A stretch of DNA of 64,000 nt from assembly GCF_028368995.1 (NCBI RefSeq), contig NZ_JAQNDL010000003.1, positions 192,001 to 256,000 of the forward strand, written 5' to 3'. The position numbers and the translations under genes are program-made. The DNA comes from Nannocystis bainbridge (lineage in GTDB: Bacteria > Myxococcota_A > Polyangia > Nannocystales > Nannocystaceae). How positions within the stretch are numbered: the first letter of the stretch is position 1; every line of letters starts with the position of its first letter. Shown piece after piece: positions 49,101 to 59,348 of this stretch. Under the pieces are notes generated by a model. That model made no database searches and was not told the DNA's origin. It saw only the letters and a list, made by a program, of their open reading frames with translations.

Positions 49101-50051
49101 TCAGCCCGGCTCGAGCGCGTGGCAGCAGCCGGTCTTGCAGTACTGGTCCTCGGGGCAGTCGCTCTGGCCCTTGTCGTCGATCTCGCACGGCTGGGCGTCG
49201 CCCTCGCAGGACGCCTCGTCGCAGCCCGGCGGCGGCTCGGTCTCGCCGAAGCACACCTCGCACTCCTCCGGCTGGCACTCGTCGTCGCAGTCGAGGTTCT
49301 TCGTGCACAGCTGGCACGAGCCGATGTCCGACAGCGCGCAGTCCAGGTCGCCGAGGAAGATGTCGTACGTCATCCCCTCGACCACCACGGTGCAGCAGCC
49401 GAAGCAATCGCAGCCGTTCGGCACCTGACACTCGTCGATGCACTGCTGCGGCTGCTCCTGCGGGCAGTTGTTGAAGTTCTCGTCGTACGGGCACTTGTCG
49501 CCGCCCGGGCTCTTCGGGTCGCACTTCAGGTCCCACGCGCAGTCGCCGTTGCCGCCGCCCGAGTTGCCGTCGAAGAAGCAGTCCTGCTTGCACGGGTCCA
49601 TGTTGTCGCCCGGCAGGCCGGTGGCGAACGTCTCCTCGCGGTCGTCGCACGGCGAGACGCACTCCGGGTCGGCCTGGTCGACCAGGCCGTCGCCGTCGTT
49701 GTCCATGCAATCGCCACAGGCGTAGAGCGTGCCGTTGCACAGCAGCGGCACGCAGGCCCCGCCCCCGGTCGTCGTCGTCGTCGTCTCGGTCGCCGTCACC
49801 GGCCCCGTCGAAGCATCGGTCGTCGAGGTCGAGGTCGTCGTCGTGCTGGTGCCCGTGGTCGGCCCGGCCGTGGTCGGCTCCGCCGTCGTGCCCGTCGTGT
49901 CCTCCGTCCCGGAGGTCGGCCCCGCGGTCGTCACCGTCGTGATCTCCGACGCTGTGCCCGTCTCGCTCGCGACCTGCGTCTCCGTCTCGCCTTTGCTCGG
50001 GCTGTTGCAAGCCAGCAGCGCACACACTCCGAGGATGTGTATCGTTTTCAT
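49101..50051 (-). CDS. Cys/Asp-rich lipoprotein with putative Ca-binding DNDGDGLVD motif
   Basis: Lipobox LLAC; Thr linker; CGDCMDNDGDGLVD..DPEC and CKQDCFFDGNSG. Confidence 0.85.
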   Translation of the reverse strand: MKTIHILGVCALLACNSPSKGETETQVASETGTASEITTVTTAGPTSGTEDTTGTTAEPTTAGPTTGTSTTTTSTSTTDASTGPVTATETTTTTTGGGACVPLLCNGTLYACGDCMDNDGDGLVDQADPECVSPCDDREETFATGLPGDNMDPCKQDCFFDGNSGGGNGDCAWDLKCDPKSPGGDKCPYDENFNNCPQEQPQQCIDECQVPNGCDCFGCCTVVVEGMTYDIFLGDLDCALSDIGSCQLCTKNLDCDDECQPEECEVCFGETEPPPGCDEASCEGDAQPCEIDDKGQSDCPEDQYCKTGCCHALEPG

Positions 50052-50181
50052 GCGAGGATCCTGGCGTCAGTCACGATAAAACGCAAATTCATTGTTTCGC
50101 CGGAGCACCGGCGGCGGTTCACAATAGATATATCCGCACGACGGCCGCGCCGCCGTGCTCCGCCGCGCGAGCGGCCTGCGA

Positions 50182-51657
50182 TCATTCGACCACGAACACG
50201 CCGCGCAGATCCTCGGTCGCCGACAGCGGCACGCCCTTGCCGTCGAGCGAGACGGCCCGGAATTGATAGTACAGCCCCGAGGTCAGCGCCGGCCCCTCGT
50301 ACGGCACTTGCACCGTCGCGCTGCCCGACACGCTCGGGACCATGGCGTCTTCCCACACCAGCTCGCCGAACACGTCGAACACGCGCACGAGGTAGCTCTT
50401 CTCGCTCGAATCGTCGGCGAACTCGAACACCGGCGCGGCGCTGGTCGCCGTCGGCGCGGTCTCTCCGGGCGCGACGACCGCGAGCGCCTCGGTGATCTTG
50501 AACCCCGCGTCGACGGTCACCGCCTGGCCGGCCGCGACCGTCACCTCCTGCAACTCGGTGCCGCCGATCGAGGTGTCCGGGTCGCGCACCAGCCGGTCGT
50601 TCTCGAACGCGGCCAGCACCTTGTACGTGCCCGCGGGCACGCCGGCGATCGTGAAGTCACCGGTGACGGCGGGATCGAGCCCCGGGTCCGGCGCCCGCAA
50701 GCCCAGCGGCACCGGCCCGCGCTCGAGCGTCGGGTTGAACACGCTGACGGGCACCAGCACCACGCTCGTCACGCTGTCGCCCGGGGCGTTGACGATCTGC
50801 ACCGACCCGGAGACCGCCCCCAAATTCTCCTCGCCCTCCGCGCTGGCCGTGAGCGCGACCGCATCGAGGTCCGCCGTCGCCACGCTCGCCGTCGCCGCCG
50901 CCAGCTCGAGCCCGCGGCGATACCCGCGGATCGTCGCCTCGCCGGCCTGCACGTTGAAGATCGTGAAGTCCCCCGACCGATCGGCCACCCCGTACTGCGC
51001 GACCGCCTCGCCGCTCACGCCCTCCGCGACCACCAGCGTCCCGCCCGGCTGGACCCCGCCGACCGTGCCCGTCACCGTCACCCCGCCGCGCAGCGCGTCC
51101 GGCAGCATCACCAGCCCGACCGTCGTGAGCGGACCCTCGATCACGTGGGCCGCCCGCGCCTCGTCGTATTCCGCCTCGTCCGCGTGGATCGGCAGCGCCA
51201 CGCGGATCCCCGACGGGAACGGCAAGTAGTCGCGCGCGAACGCCTGCAGCGTGTAGCTCGCGTCGCTCGCCAGCTCGCCGTCCGGGAGGCGCGGCGCCGC
51301 GACCTGCAATTCATAGCGGCCCGTCGCGTCGGTCTCCGCGACCTCGCCGAGCGGCGCCCCGGTGCGGTCCAGGCCGTGGACGAGCGCCCCTGCCAGCGGC
51401 TCGCCGGTCTGCAGATCGATCACCGCCCCGTGGATCTGCAGCGGCTCGCCGCACACCCACGCGTCGGCCTCGCCGGCCACCGGATCGCAGGCGAACCCCT
51501 CGGCGCAATGCGGACCGTTCGCCGCCGCGGGATCGACGATCGGATCGCAGGGCCCGCCCTTGACCGAAGGATCGGTCACGTCGAGCTGCTTCTCCGCGCA
51601 GCTCACGACACCGAACGCGAGCAGCGCCCCCCACCTCAAAATTTCAATCGTTCGCAT
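50182..51657 (-). CDS. Lipoprotein with carboxypeptidase-regulatory-like (prealbumin-fold) repeats
   Basis: Lipobox VVSC; GAVIDLQTGEPLAGALV, TDATGRYEL and GDFTIAGVPAGTYKV; GGAG RBS. Confidence 0.85.
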   Translation of the reverse strand: MRTIEILRWGALLAFGVVSCAEKQLDVTDPSVKGGPCDPIVDPAAANGPHCAEGFACDPVAGEADAWVCGEPLQIHGAVIDLQTGEPLAGALVHGLDRTGAPLGEVAETDATGRYELQVAAPRLPDGELASDASYTLQAFARDYLPFPSGIRVALPIHADEAEYDEARAAHVIEGPLTTVGLVMLPDALRGGVTVTGTVGGVQPGGTLVVAEGVSGEAVAQYGVADRSGDFTIFNVQAGEATIRGYRRGLELAAATASVATADLDAVALTASAEGEENLGAVSGSVQIVNAPGDSVTSVVLVPVSVFNPTLERGPVPLGLRAPDPGLDPAVTGDFTIAGVPAGTYKVLAAFENDRLVRDPDTSIGGTELQEVTVAAGQAVTVDAGFKITEALAVVAPGETAPTATSAAPVFEFADDSSEKSYLVRVFDVFGELVWEDAMVPSVSGSATVQVPYEGPALTSGLYYQFRAVSLDGKGVPLSATEDLRGVFVVE

Positions 51658-51765
51658 CGGGATTGGACCTCTCCTGCGACCGCGATGGCGGGCCGCGCCG
51701 CGCGCCGCCCCGTCGGGTCACATCCTGGGTTTCGACCGACGCGCGAGCGCCGGTTCCAACGCTCC

Positions 51766-52368
51766 TCACAACATGACGTCGATCGCAAACACCCCGTAGT
51801 CGGAGGTCGCAGTGCCGGTCACATGAATCGTCCCCGCCCTGCGGCGAATCGTCCCGTCCGGCGCCTCCTCGGTGTCCCCCGTGATGTCGACGTCGAGCGC
51901 GACCACGCCGGCGAGCTCGCCCGTCATCACGAACTCGCCGCTCAAATTGCCCGTCAGCGTGCCGTCCGGCAGGTCGCGCAGCTTCAGATCGAAGGCGGCC
52001 GGCCCGCCGTCGTAGGCGACCTCGACCATGCCCTCGACCGGTCCGTCCGAGTAATCCTCGAGCGTGACCTGCAGATCCATCCCCTTGTTGGCCGACGCAC
52101 CCTGGTCGACCTTGCCGCCGACGATCATCGTCCCCGACAGCGCGCCCGCGGCCGTCTGCTCGGGGATGTTGGCGCTCGAGGCCGCGTTGAAGCCGGCGAA
52201 GCCGAGCTCGATCGCGCGGTCGACCGCGCGGTCGAGCCCCAGGTAGGCGCGCCGCGCCGCCTCCGGGTCGGCCACCCCGACCGCCGGCGGCTGACAACCC
52301 ACCACCAGCCAAGAAAACATCGCGCAGGTCGCGGCGCGCGCGAGGATTCGTCGAGAGAACGAGGGCAT
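51766..52368 (-). CDS. Lipoprotein, hypothetical
   Basis: Lipobox VVGC; GC3-biased beta-rich domain; same strand as and upstream of the 50182 gene. Confidence 0.75.
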   Translation of the reverse strand: MPSFSRRILARAATCAMFSWLVVGCQPPAVGVADPEAARRAYLGLDRAVDRAIELGFAGFNAASSANIPEQTAAGALSGTMIVGGKVDQGASANKGMDLQVTLEDYSDGPVEGMVEVAYDGGPAAFDLKLRDLPDGTLTGNLSGEFVMTGELAGVVALDVDITGDTEEAPDGTIRRRAGTIHVTGTATSDYGVFAIDVML

Positions 52369-52496
52369 GTTCTATTCGCTGGGACAGACCTGTTGGCCGA
52401 GATTCCAAGCGGATCCACCCGCACCCGCTTCGATCTCCAGGGGGTTCCTCTGCATGCGCAGGACACCCGCGTTTCGCCGGCGCCAGCCGCGCCGCC

Positions 52497-53603
52497 TCAG
52501 CCCGGCGGCACGAACCCGTCACACGCCTCGGCGATGCCCGCGATCGCCTCGTGAAAGAACATCTGATAGTTCTCGGCGCAGATCTGGCCCACGCTGCCGT
52601 ATGTGAACAGCTCGGTGAATGCGATGAGGCGCTCGCCGACCTCCGCCGCGTCCTCGCAGGCCGGATCCTTCGGCCCGATCAGCGACAGCACCACCACGTT
52701 CGACTCGACCCCGCCCTTGAGCCCCGTGATCGCCTCGAACCATTGCGGCGGATCGCCGGCCGAGCCCTCCTCCTCCTCGTCGGTGATCAGCACCAGCACC
52801 AGCAGCGCGTCCTCGCGGACGAACTGCTCGTTGCACCCGCCGGGCCCTGCCAGCTCCGGCCCGAGCGCCGCCAGGGCCGCGTCGATCGGCATCTCGTCGC
52901 CGCTGCCGTCGATCCCGACCTGGGCGGCGCAGGTGAAGCGCGTCGGCAGATCGTCGGCCTCGGTCATGAAGCGATGGCCGCTGACGAACGGCCCGCACTC
53001 CGCGTCGCTCGCCCCCTTGGCGCCGGTCGTCTGCGTCACCAGGGCCCCCAGCGTGTCGGCGCAGCCCGGCTCGTTGTGCTCGTAATCGTCGGTCGTGACC
53101 ACGCCGAGGTGCAGGCTCTCGGCGTCGGCGAGCTCTTGCTGGATCTCGCTGACGAACGTCGGGAAGCTGGCCACCAGGTTGACCTGCTCCTGCTTCATGC
53201 TGCTCGAATTGTCGACCACGAACAGCAGATCGATCTTGACGCACGGCTTGTCCGCCTGCGGCTCGCCCGGAGCCGGCGAATCGCCGAGGTCGAACTTCGG
53301 CCCCGAGTCGTCCGGCTCCTCGCCGCCCGCCGGCGCCTCCTCGGGCTCGCCGGGGTCGCCGCTGGAGCCCGTGCTCGCGCCCTCCGGGCCCGTGGAAGCC
53401 GGTTCGGGCGCCTCGCCCGTCGTCGACGACGACGATACGTCGGCCGGGTCCCCCGGTGAGGCCGTCGTCACCGCCCCGAGCGAGCCGCCCGCCGTCGCCG
53501 AGTCCCGCCCGCCGTCGTCCCCGCAGCCCGCGATGAAAAGACCGACGCTCACTGGCGCCACCAGAGCCGCGCGACGGATGAATTGTCGATTGCCACGATT
53601 CAT
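52497..53603 (-). CDS. vWA-domain lipoprotein (myxobacterial CglB-like type)
   Basis: Lipobox IAGC; PKFDLG; KIDLLFVVDNSSSM (MIDAS DxSxS), HLGVVTTD and LVLVLITDEEE; GGAGG RBS. Confidence 0.85.
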   Translation of the reverse strand: MNRGNRQFIRRAALVAPVSVGLFIAGCGDDGGRDSATAGGSLGAVTTASPGDPADVSSSSTTGEAPEPASTGPEGASTGSSGDPGEPEEAPAGGEEPDDSGPKFDLGDSPAPGEPQADKPCVKIDLLFVVDNSSSMKQEQVNLVASFPTFVSEIQQELADAESLHLGVVTTDDYEHNEPGCADTLGALVTQTTGAKGASDAECGPFVSGHRFMTEADDLPTRFTCAAQVGIDGSGDEMPIDAALAALGPELAGPGGCNEQFVREDALLVLVLITDEEEEGSAGDPPQWFEAITGLKGGVESNVVVLSLIGPKDPACEDAAEVGERLIAFTELFTYGSVGQICAENYQMFFHEAIAGIAEACDGFVPPG

Positions 53604-53699
53604 CAGACCACCTCCACTCCCCACAATCCGTCGCGCGCCGTCCCGCGGTCAACGCCGCGGCCTCGACGCCCGGAACGAGACCGCGCCCCGGCCCAATAC

Positions 53700-53737
53700 C
53701 TACATAACTTTTAAGACATGTCCTTTCAGCCATATCC
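53700..53737. repeat. 14-bp element array (3 phased cores)
   Basis: CATA at 53703, CATG at 53717 and CATA at 53731: AGACATGTCC-TTTC-AGCCATATCC. Confidence 0.6.
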
Positions 53738-54253
53738 TACCATGCCTCCCGGCGGCGAGCCCGGCCCAGCGGCCCGTCCTCCGCGGCGGCCCGAGCGCTT
53801 GCTTTCGCAGTCCTTGAATGAAGACCACCAAACCTGGACACAAACCCCGCGGAACCTCACTTTGAATCCAGGTTCTCACCGCTCGCTCCGGCGTCGGCGC
53901 GCAACGGCCGCCGGGCGGAGGTTCAATCGATCGCACCCTCGCCCCGCAGAGCCCGCTCCGGCGTGACCGCGACCATCGATCCGCCACGCATTGCACATAC
54001 GACACCGCCCACGGCAGAGGTTCGCCGCCAGCCAGCCCCTGCAGCGCAGGGCCCTCGCCGCAATCACCGGTGAATCACCCTGTCCTCATTCACCGCTGGG
54101 CACTTCCCCGATCTGCGGCTTCGCCCCGGTCCCGCGAAGCTGTCTTTCATCGGCTCCGCGTCACGCTGGCCCGGCCGAGGGGGCCGGACCCCGCTGCGCG
54201 CCCGACCACGATCGCTTGACCTGCGGCCGCGGCCTCCTTCACCCTGGCCCTCC

Positions 54254-55738
54254 ATGCCCGCTCGACCTGCCCGCGCCCGCGAGACCCGGCTCGCCCTCGC
54301 TCGCCTCGCCGCCCTCGCATTGGTGGCAGCGCCCGCGGCCACCGCCCACGCTGCCGTCTGTTATCAGCTGCCCTTCCCCAACCCCAACCTCTCCGACGGC
54401 TGGGGCAGCACCTGTTGCGGGCGGACCAGCCCGCACCGCGGCGTCGACTTTCCCCAGGGTGCCGGCACCCCGATCCCCGCCGTCGCCGACGGCGTCGTCG
54501 TCGTCAATCAGTGGTCCGGCTGCCTCGGCAACGTCGTCGTCCTCCAGCACGGCGACGGCATGTTCTCCGGCTACAGCCACATGATCGCCGGCTCGCCGCT
54601 CGGCATCGGCGCCGCCGTCGGCAGGGGCCAGCAGGTCGGCCAGGTCGGCAACACCGGCAGCTGCTCGCAGGGCGCCCACCTCCACCTCACCATGGCGCCC
54701 GCCGCCAATGGCGTGTTTCAGGGCACCACCGTCGACCCGTACGCCTACATCATCGAGCGCCTCGAATGCAACCTCGCCCCGATCGGCTACCTCGATCAGG
54801 CCGGTTGTGACGACATCGTCGGTTGGTCGCAAGACCCTTCCGCGCCCGACGCCGTCATCCCCACCCACCTCTACTTCGGCGGCCCTGCCGGCGATCCCGC
54901 CGCCGTGGGCATCGCCGTCGACGCCGACGTGACCCGCGACGATCTCTGCATGGCGATCGGCTCGTGCCAGCACGGCTTTCGCATGCCCACGCCCCTGAGC
55001 GTGCAGGACGGCCAGCCGCGCCCCGTGCACGCCTACGGCATCGACACCCAGGGCGGCGCCAACCCCGAGCTCGGCTCGAGCCCGCAGGTGCTCGAGTGTC
55101 CGCTGCCGCAGCTCCGCGGCGTGCGTCGGCGCGTCGCCGACCTCGAAGTGTTCGGCGCCTGGCAGTTCTCCGCCTTCACCGACCTCGTCACCCTCACCGA
55201 CGCCCAGGTCGAGGTCTTCGCGCTCAGCATCGACATCCCCGCCGCGCCGACCCTCGCGCGCGCCGACGACGGCAGCCCCGACGTCTGGCTGCTCGACGGC
55301 GAAGGCCTGCAGCGCCGCCGCCACGTCCCCGACCTCGCCACCGCCGCCGCCTGGCACCTCGCGCTCGACACCGCCGCCCTGTGGCCCGCCGCCGACCTGC
55401 TCGCCCTGGAGGAGGCCCCGCCGCTCGGCGAGCGCCCCACCCTCGTGCGCGGCGATCGTGACACCGTGTGGCTGCTCGACGTCGACCTCGACCCGGCTCC
55501 CGCCGGCACCGGCAGCGACAGCGCCGGCGAGCCGACCACCAGCGACACCGGCACCAGCGGCACCGGCGACGAGCCCGACACCGGCACCAGCACCGGCACC
55601 CCCGGCCCGGCCACCGCTGGCCTCCCGCCCGGCTTCGGCAGCGAGGACGGCTGCGCCTGCACCACCGGTTCGCGCCCCGCCCCCGCCTGGCTCGGCGCCT
55701 TCGTCCTGCTGCTCCTGGCCCGCCGCCGCCGCGCCTGA
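54254..55738 (+). CDS. M23 family metallopeptidase with MYXO-CTERM sorting signal
   Basis: Signal peptide; HRGVD (HxxxD), YSHM, VGNTG and HLHL (HxH); C-terminal GCAC...W...LLLLARRRR. Confidence 0.9.
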   Translation: MPARPARARETRLALARLAALALVAAPAATAHAAVCYQLPFPNPNLSDGWGSTCCGRTSPHRGVDFPQGAGTPIPAVADGVVVVNQWSGCLGNVVVLQHGDGMFSGYSHMIAGSPLGIGAAVGRGQQVGQVGNTGSCSQGAHLHLTMAPAANGVFQGTTVDPYAYIIERLECNLAPIGYLDQAGCDDIVGWSQDPSAPDAVIPTHLYFGGPAGDPAAVGIAVDADVTRDDLCMAIGSCQHGFRMPTPLSVQDGQPRPVHAYGIDTQGGANPELGSSPQVLECPLPQLRGVRRRVADLEVFGAWQFSAFTDLVTLTDAQVEVFALSIDIPAAPTLARADDGSPDVWLLDGEGLQRRRHVPDLATAAAWHLALDTAALWPAADLLALEEAPPLGERPTLVRGDRDTVWLLDVDLDPAPAGTGSDSAGEPTTSDTGTSGTGDEPDTGTSTGTPGPATAGLPPGFGSEDGCACTTGSRPAPAWLGAFVLLLLARRRRA

Positions 55739-55754
55739 GCGGGCCTGCGGCGAT

Positions 55755-55770
55755 CTGTCCCGAAAGACAG
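55755..55770. repeat. 14-bp element copy
   Basis: CTGTCC-CGAA-AGACAG, near-identical with flanks to 16871-16886. Confidence 0.65.
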
Positions 55771-55982
55771 CCCGCCACCGCTGCGACCCGAGGCGTTCGC
55801 AAGGCTCCTCGCGCCCGCGACTTCGCGCCGCATTGGGGCCTCCCGAGCAGGAGTGAATGGCCGAGCGCCGACGCCGCTGCGCACGCTCGCCACACCCGAT
55901 GCGATCGGCAGCACGCGCGGCTGCGGGCCCGCGCGCGGGCCATCACTTGCCGCGCTCGCGGCCGTCTGCCAACCTCCGACGC

Positions 55983-56879
55983 ATGCATTGTCTTGGTTTG
56001 AATTATCGTCGCTTCACCCTGCTTGCCTGCGCCCTCGCGCTCGCCTGCGTGCCCAAGGGGCCAGGCGGCGACGACACCACCGCGGCGACCTCCGAGACCT
56101 CCGAGACCTCCGAGACCTCGTCGGCCACCACCACCCTTACCACCACCACCATCACCACGACGGCCCCCACGACCACCGACGCCACCACCGAGACCACCGG
56201 CGGCCCCGAAGCCATGTGTGAAGTCGATGGCAGCGAGAACTACCCCGACGAGGGCATGTTCGCCGTCTTCCCCGAGGGCGACGTCGACGAGCCCTGCACC
56301 CTCGCCAGCGCGCTCGAGGTCGGCAGCGCGCTCGAGCTGACCCTGCAATGCCCCGACTTCGCCGCCCAGTTCGGCGGCGATTTTGTGGTCCGCATCGAGC
56401 ACGGCCCGCGGCCCCAGCCCTCGCCGCCGGCGGGCAGCATCCTCGACGTGTTCGCCACCGGCTTCGACCCCGGCTATCCCTTCACCAGCCACGCCTGGCT
56501 GTCGCTGCGCCACGACGGCGCCTTGCTGTACGCGGTCACCCAGGGCGAGGCGCTGCTGTCCGAGGTCGGCGACCCCGCGGCCTACGAGCCCTTCACGTTC
56601 ACCCGCCTCGACGACTGCCCCTTCGTCGACGGCGTCGACACCGGCGTCGTCGACGCCACCCTGCTCTGCCAGACCATCGCCCGCGCGCACCTGCAGGTGC
56701 TCGTGGGCGGCGACGAGGCGCTCGTGATGTCCGAGGGCGAGACGACCACCGTGCTCGCCGACGCCGTCCCCTACGCCATCGACCTCGTCGCCCTGCGTCG
56801 CCTCAAGGACTGCTACATCGAGCCGCCCGCCGACGACTTCCCCCGCTACGACTTCGCCATCGCCGCCCAGGCCGAGTGA
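55983..56879 (+). CDS. Lipoprotein with Thr-rich linker, hypothetical
   Basis: Lipobox ALAC; TSE repeats; GC3-biased domain. Confidence 0.8.
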   Translation: MHCLGLNYRRFTLLACALALACVPKGPGGDDTTAATSETSETSETSSATTTLTTTTITTTAPTTTDATTETTGGPEAMCEVDGSENYPDEGMFAVFPEGDVDEPCTLASALEVGSALELTLQCPDFAAQFGGDFVVRIEHGPRPQPSPPAGSILDVFATGFDPGYPFTSHAWLSLRHDGALLYAVTQGEALLSEVGDPAAYEPFTFTRLDDCPFVDGVDTGVVDATLLCQTIARAHLQVLVGGDEALVMSEGETTTVLADAVPYAIDLVALRRLKDCYIEPPADDFPRYDFAIAAQAE

Positions 56880-56906
56880 CCGCGCGGCGCCGCGGCGCCC
56901 TCGTCA

Positions 56907-57008
56907 TCACCTGTCCCTTCGGCCATGCCCCGCGCGCGCCGGAGCGGACCTGTCCGTTGGGACATCCTCACGACCTGTCGTTTACGACATGCCCCGCGGG
57001 GCATGTCC
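56907..57008. repeat. 14-bp element array (7 cores)
   Basis: C(A/C)TG-like cores at 56910/56924, 56949/56963 and 56974/56988/57002, with 14-bp spacing within groups. Confidence 0.75.
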
Positions 57009-57191
57009 GAAGCGCCATTCATTCCAGGATCCGGTCAGCCGTCCGAATTTTGAAAATGAAAGCCAAAGTTGATGCTACCTCACGCATCCCCTACCAGCCT
57101 ACCCGCCCCGGCCCGTTGACCCGTCTTTTTGAAAACTGATATCAACAGCTCGAACGCGAAACCGTGCACCCCTTCGCGTCCGGGGCCCCTC

Positions 57192-58883
57192 ATGATCGTC
57201 CGTTCGACCACCGTCCTCCTCACTGCTGTCGTCTCGCTCGCCGCCTGCGGCGACGACGGGTCCACCAGCGCCAGCGACACCGCGGGCACCACCGACACGA
57301 CGGGCACCACCGACACGACCGGCACCACGGTCACCCCCGGCACCACCGACGACGATCCGACGACGGTCGCGCCGACCACGACCTCGGTCGACACCACCGG
57401 CCCGGACACCACCACTCAGCCGGTCACCTCCACGACCGACGACACCACCACGACCGACGGCACCACCACGCTCGACACCACGAGCGACACCACCACGCTC
57501 GACACCACGAGCGACACCACCGACACCACCGGCGACACCTCGACCTCGACCGGCGCCGTCGACGAGACCCCGCCTTCCGTGACCCTCGCGCGTCCGTTCG
57601 ACAACGTCTACGTGGCCAGTCGGCGGCTCATCCTCACCGGCGAGGCCAGCGACGACCTCGAGGTCGTCGCCGTCGAGCTCGTCGTCAACGGCGAGGCCCC
57701 GGTCGCGCTCCCGATCGGGCCCGGGCCGGTGCTCGAGTTCAGCGCCGACGTCCGCCTCCGCCGCGGCTGGAACTCCCTGCAGTTGATCGCCCGCGACGCG
57801 GCCGACAACACCGGCAGCAGCACGCGCCACGTCCACCTCGGCGTGCCGGTGGCCGCCGGCGGGGCCCACTCGCTCGCGGTCGTCGACGGCGCGGCCTGGG
57901 GCTTCGGCCGCAACAACGAGGGCCAGCTCGGCGCCGGCGACCTCGTCGATCACCACCTCCCCACCGCGATGATGGGCCTCGACGACGCGGTCTCGCTGTC
58001 GGCCAACCTCAACCACTCGCTGGCGGTCCTGCCCGACGGCAGCGTCAAGGTCTGGGGCCGCAACGACGAGGGCCAGCTCGGCCAGCCGCCCCCCGTCGAC
58101 GTCGCGGTCCCGGCGACCCTCGCCGGCCTGCCCGAGGTCGTGCTCGTCGCCGCCGGCCAGCGCCACAGCCTCGCGCTCACCGAGGACGGCCACGTGTGGT
58201 CGTTCGGCTTCAACAACGCCGGCCAGCTCGGCCGCGCCGGCGACTCGCTGCCCGCCGTCGTGCCCGGCCTCGAGGACATCGTCGCCATCGCCGCCGGCGG
58301 CACCTACTCCGCCGCGGTCGACGGCACCGGCGTCGTGTGGGCGTGGGGCAACAACACCGACGGCCAGCTCGGCGACGGCATGACCGTCGACTCACCTGTC
58401 CCCAAGGCCATCTCGATGGTCGACGCCGTGGCCGTCGCCGCCGGCAAGGCCCACACCCTCGCCGTCGCGCCGCTCGGCAGCCTGGCCGCCTGCGGCCTCA
58501 ACGTGTCCGGCCAGCTCGGCGACGGCCTCAGCGCCGACAACGTCCTGCTGCCGGTCGCCGTGCCCGAGTTCGCCGACCTCCTGACCGTCGCCGCCTCCGG
58601 CAACCTGTCGCTCGCGCTCGCCGGCGACGCCCAGCTGTGGGCCTGGGGCCAGAATTTCTCCGGCCAGCTCGGCCTCGGCGACAACGCCGATCGCCCCGCG
58701 CCGACGATCGTGCCCGGCCTGCCGCCCGTGCGGGCGATCGCCGCCGGCCTCGCCCACACCGTCGTGTTCGACGAGAACGGCGGCGTCTGGGCCTGGGGCC
58801 TCAACTCGTTCGGCCAGCTCGGCAAGGGCGACGCCGGCAACCCGACCAACAGCGCCGTGCCGCTGCAGGTCGCCCTGCCCTGA
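57192..58883 (+). CDS. RCC1/BLIP-II repeat lipoprotein with Ig-like domain
   Basis: Lipobox LAAC; Thr linker; DETPPSV...ARDAADN Ig-like domain; seven WGxNxxGQLG repeats. Confidence 0.92.
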   Translation: MIVRSTTVLLTAVVSLAACGDDGSTSASDTAGTTDTTGTTDTTGTTVTPGTTDDDPTTVAPTTTSVDTTGPDTTTQPVTSTTDDTTTTDGTTTLDTTSDTTTLDTTSDTTDTTGDTSTSTGAVDETPPSVTLARPFDNVYVASRRLILTGEASDDLEVVAVELVVNGEAPVALPIGPGPVLEFSADVRLRRGWNSLQLIARDAADNTGSSTRHVHLGVPVAAGGAHSLAVVDGAAWGFGRNNEGQLGAGDLVDHHLPTAMMGLDDAVSLSANLNHSLAVLPDGSVKVWGRNDEGQLGQPPPVDVAVPATLAGLPEVVLVAAGQRHSLALTEDGHVWSFGFNNAGQLGRAGDSLPAVVPGLEDIVAIAAGGTYSAAVDGTGVVWAWGNNTDGQLGDGMTVDSPVPKAISMVDAVAVAAGKAHTLAVAPLGSLAACGLNVSGQLGDGLSADNVLLPVAVPEFADLLTVAASGNLSLALAGDAQLWAWGQNFSGQLGLGDNADRPAPTIVPGLPPVRAIAAGLAHTVVFDENGGVWAWGLNSFGQLGKGDAGNPTNSAVPLQVALP

Positions 58884-58900
58884 TCCGCCGCCGCGGCGCG

Positions 58901-58924
58901 AGGCCGGCGGGTCACCGCCGGCCT
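58901..58924 (+). terminator. GC-rich stem-loop after the RCC1 gene
   Basis: AGGCCGGCGG-GTCA-CCGCCGGCCT perfect 10-bp stem; no clear U-tract. Confidence 0.4.
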
Positions 58925-59020
58925 GCTCCCGTCTCGCCGCGACCACCGGCCGATGCACGCCTCTGCGAGGTCGCGGCCCCGCGCTCCGCGATCGAGCCGA
59001 GCGCGACGCCGCCGTCTCTG

Positions 59021-59040
59021 CCACATGTCCCGAAGCACAG
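59021..59040. repeat. 14-bp element copy
   Basis: ACATGTCC-CGAA-GCACA; a second degenerate copy GGTCT-TTTG-GGACA lies at 59210-59223. Confidence 0.55.
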
Positions 59041-59348
59041 ATGCACGAATCTCCGCCAGCTCCGCATTCGTGCATACGCCACAGTAGGCGCGAGTAAGGC
59101 GAATCGCCTACACGCACCCCGGAATGCGGCGCGCAAATGCCACTGGGCCGCTCTGGCCTCACCGCGTTGCCTCGCGGCCTCACCAGACCGCACGCCCCGA
59201 ATAGACATAGGTCTTTTGGGACATATTCTCGCTCGTGATCGCCAAGAGCGGCGTTCTGCGGCCCGCGCGATCGCCGGGGCGCGCCCACGCCCGCGGCGCC
59301 GGGTGCACGCCCGGCGACGGCCGCGTCCTGGATGATATAGATGCAAGC

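Noticed and set aside
50155-52554. Long + strand ORFs here and at 57164-59335, 60027-61862 and 22133-24136
   Set aside because: GC-rich antisense or alternate-frame shadows of well-supported genes, with no motifs and biased Arg/Pro composition.
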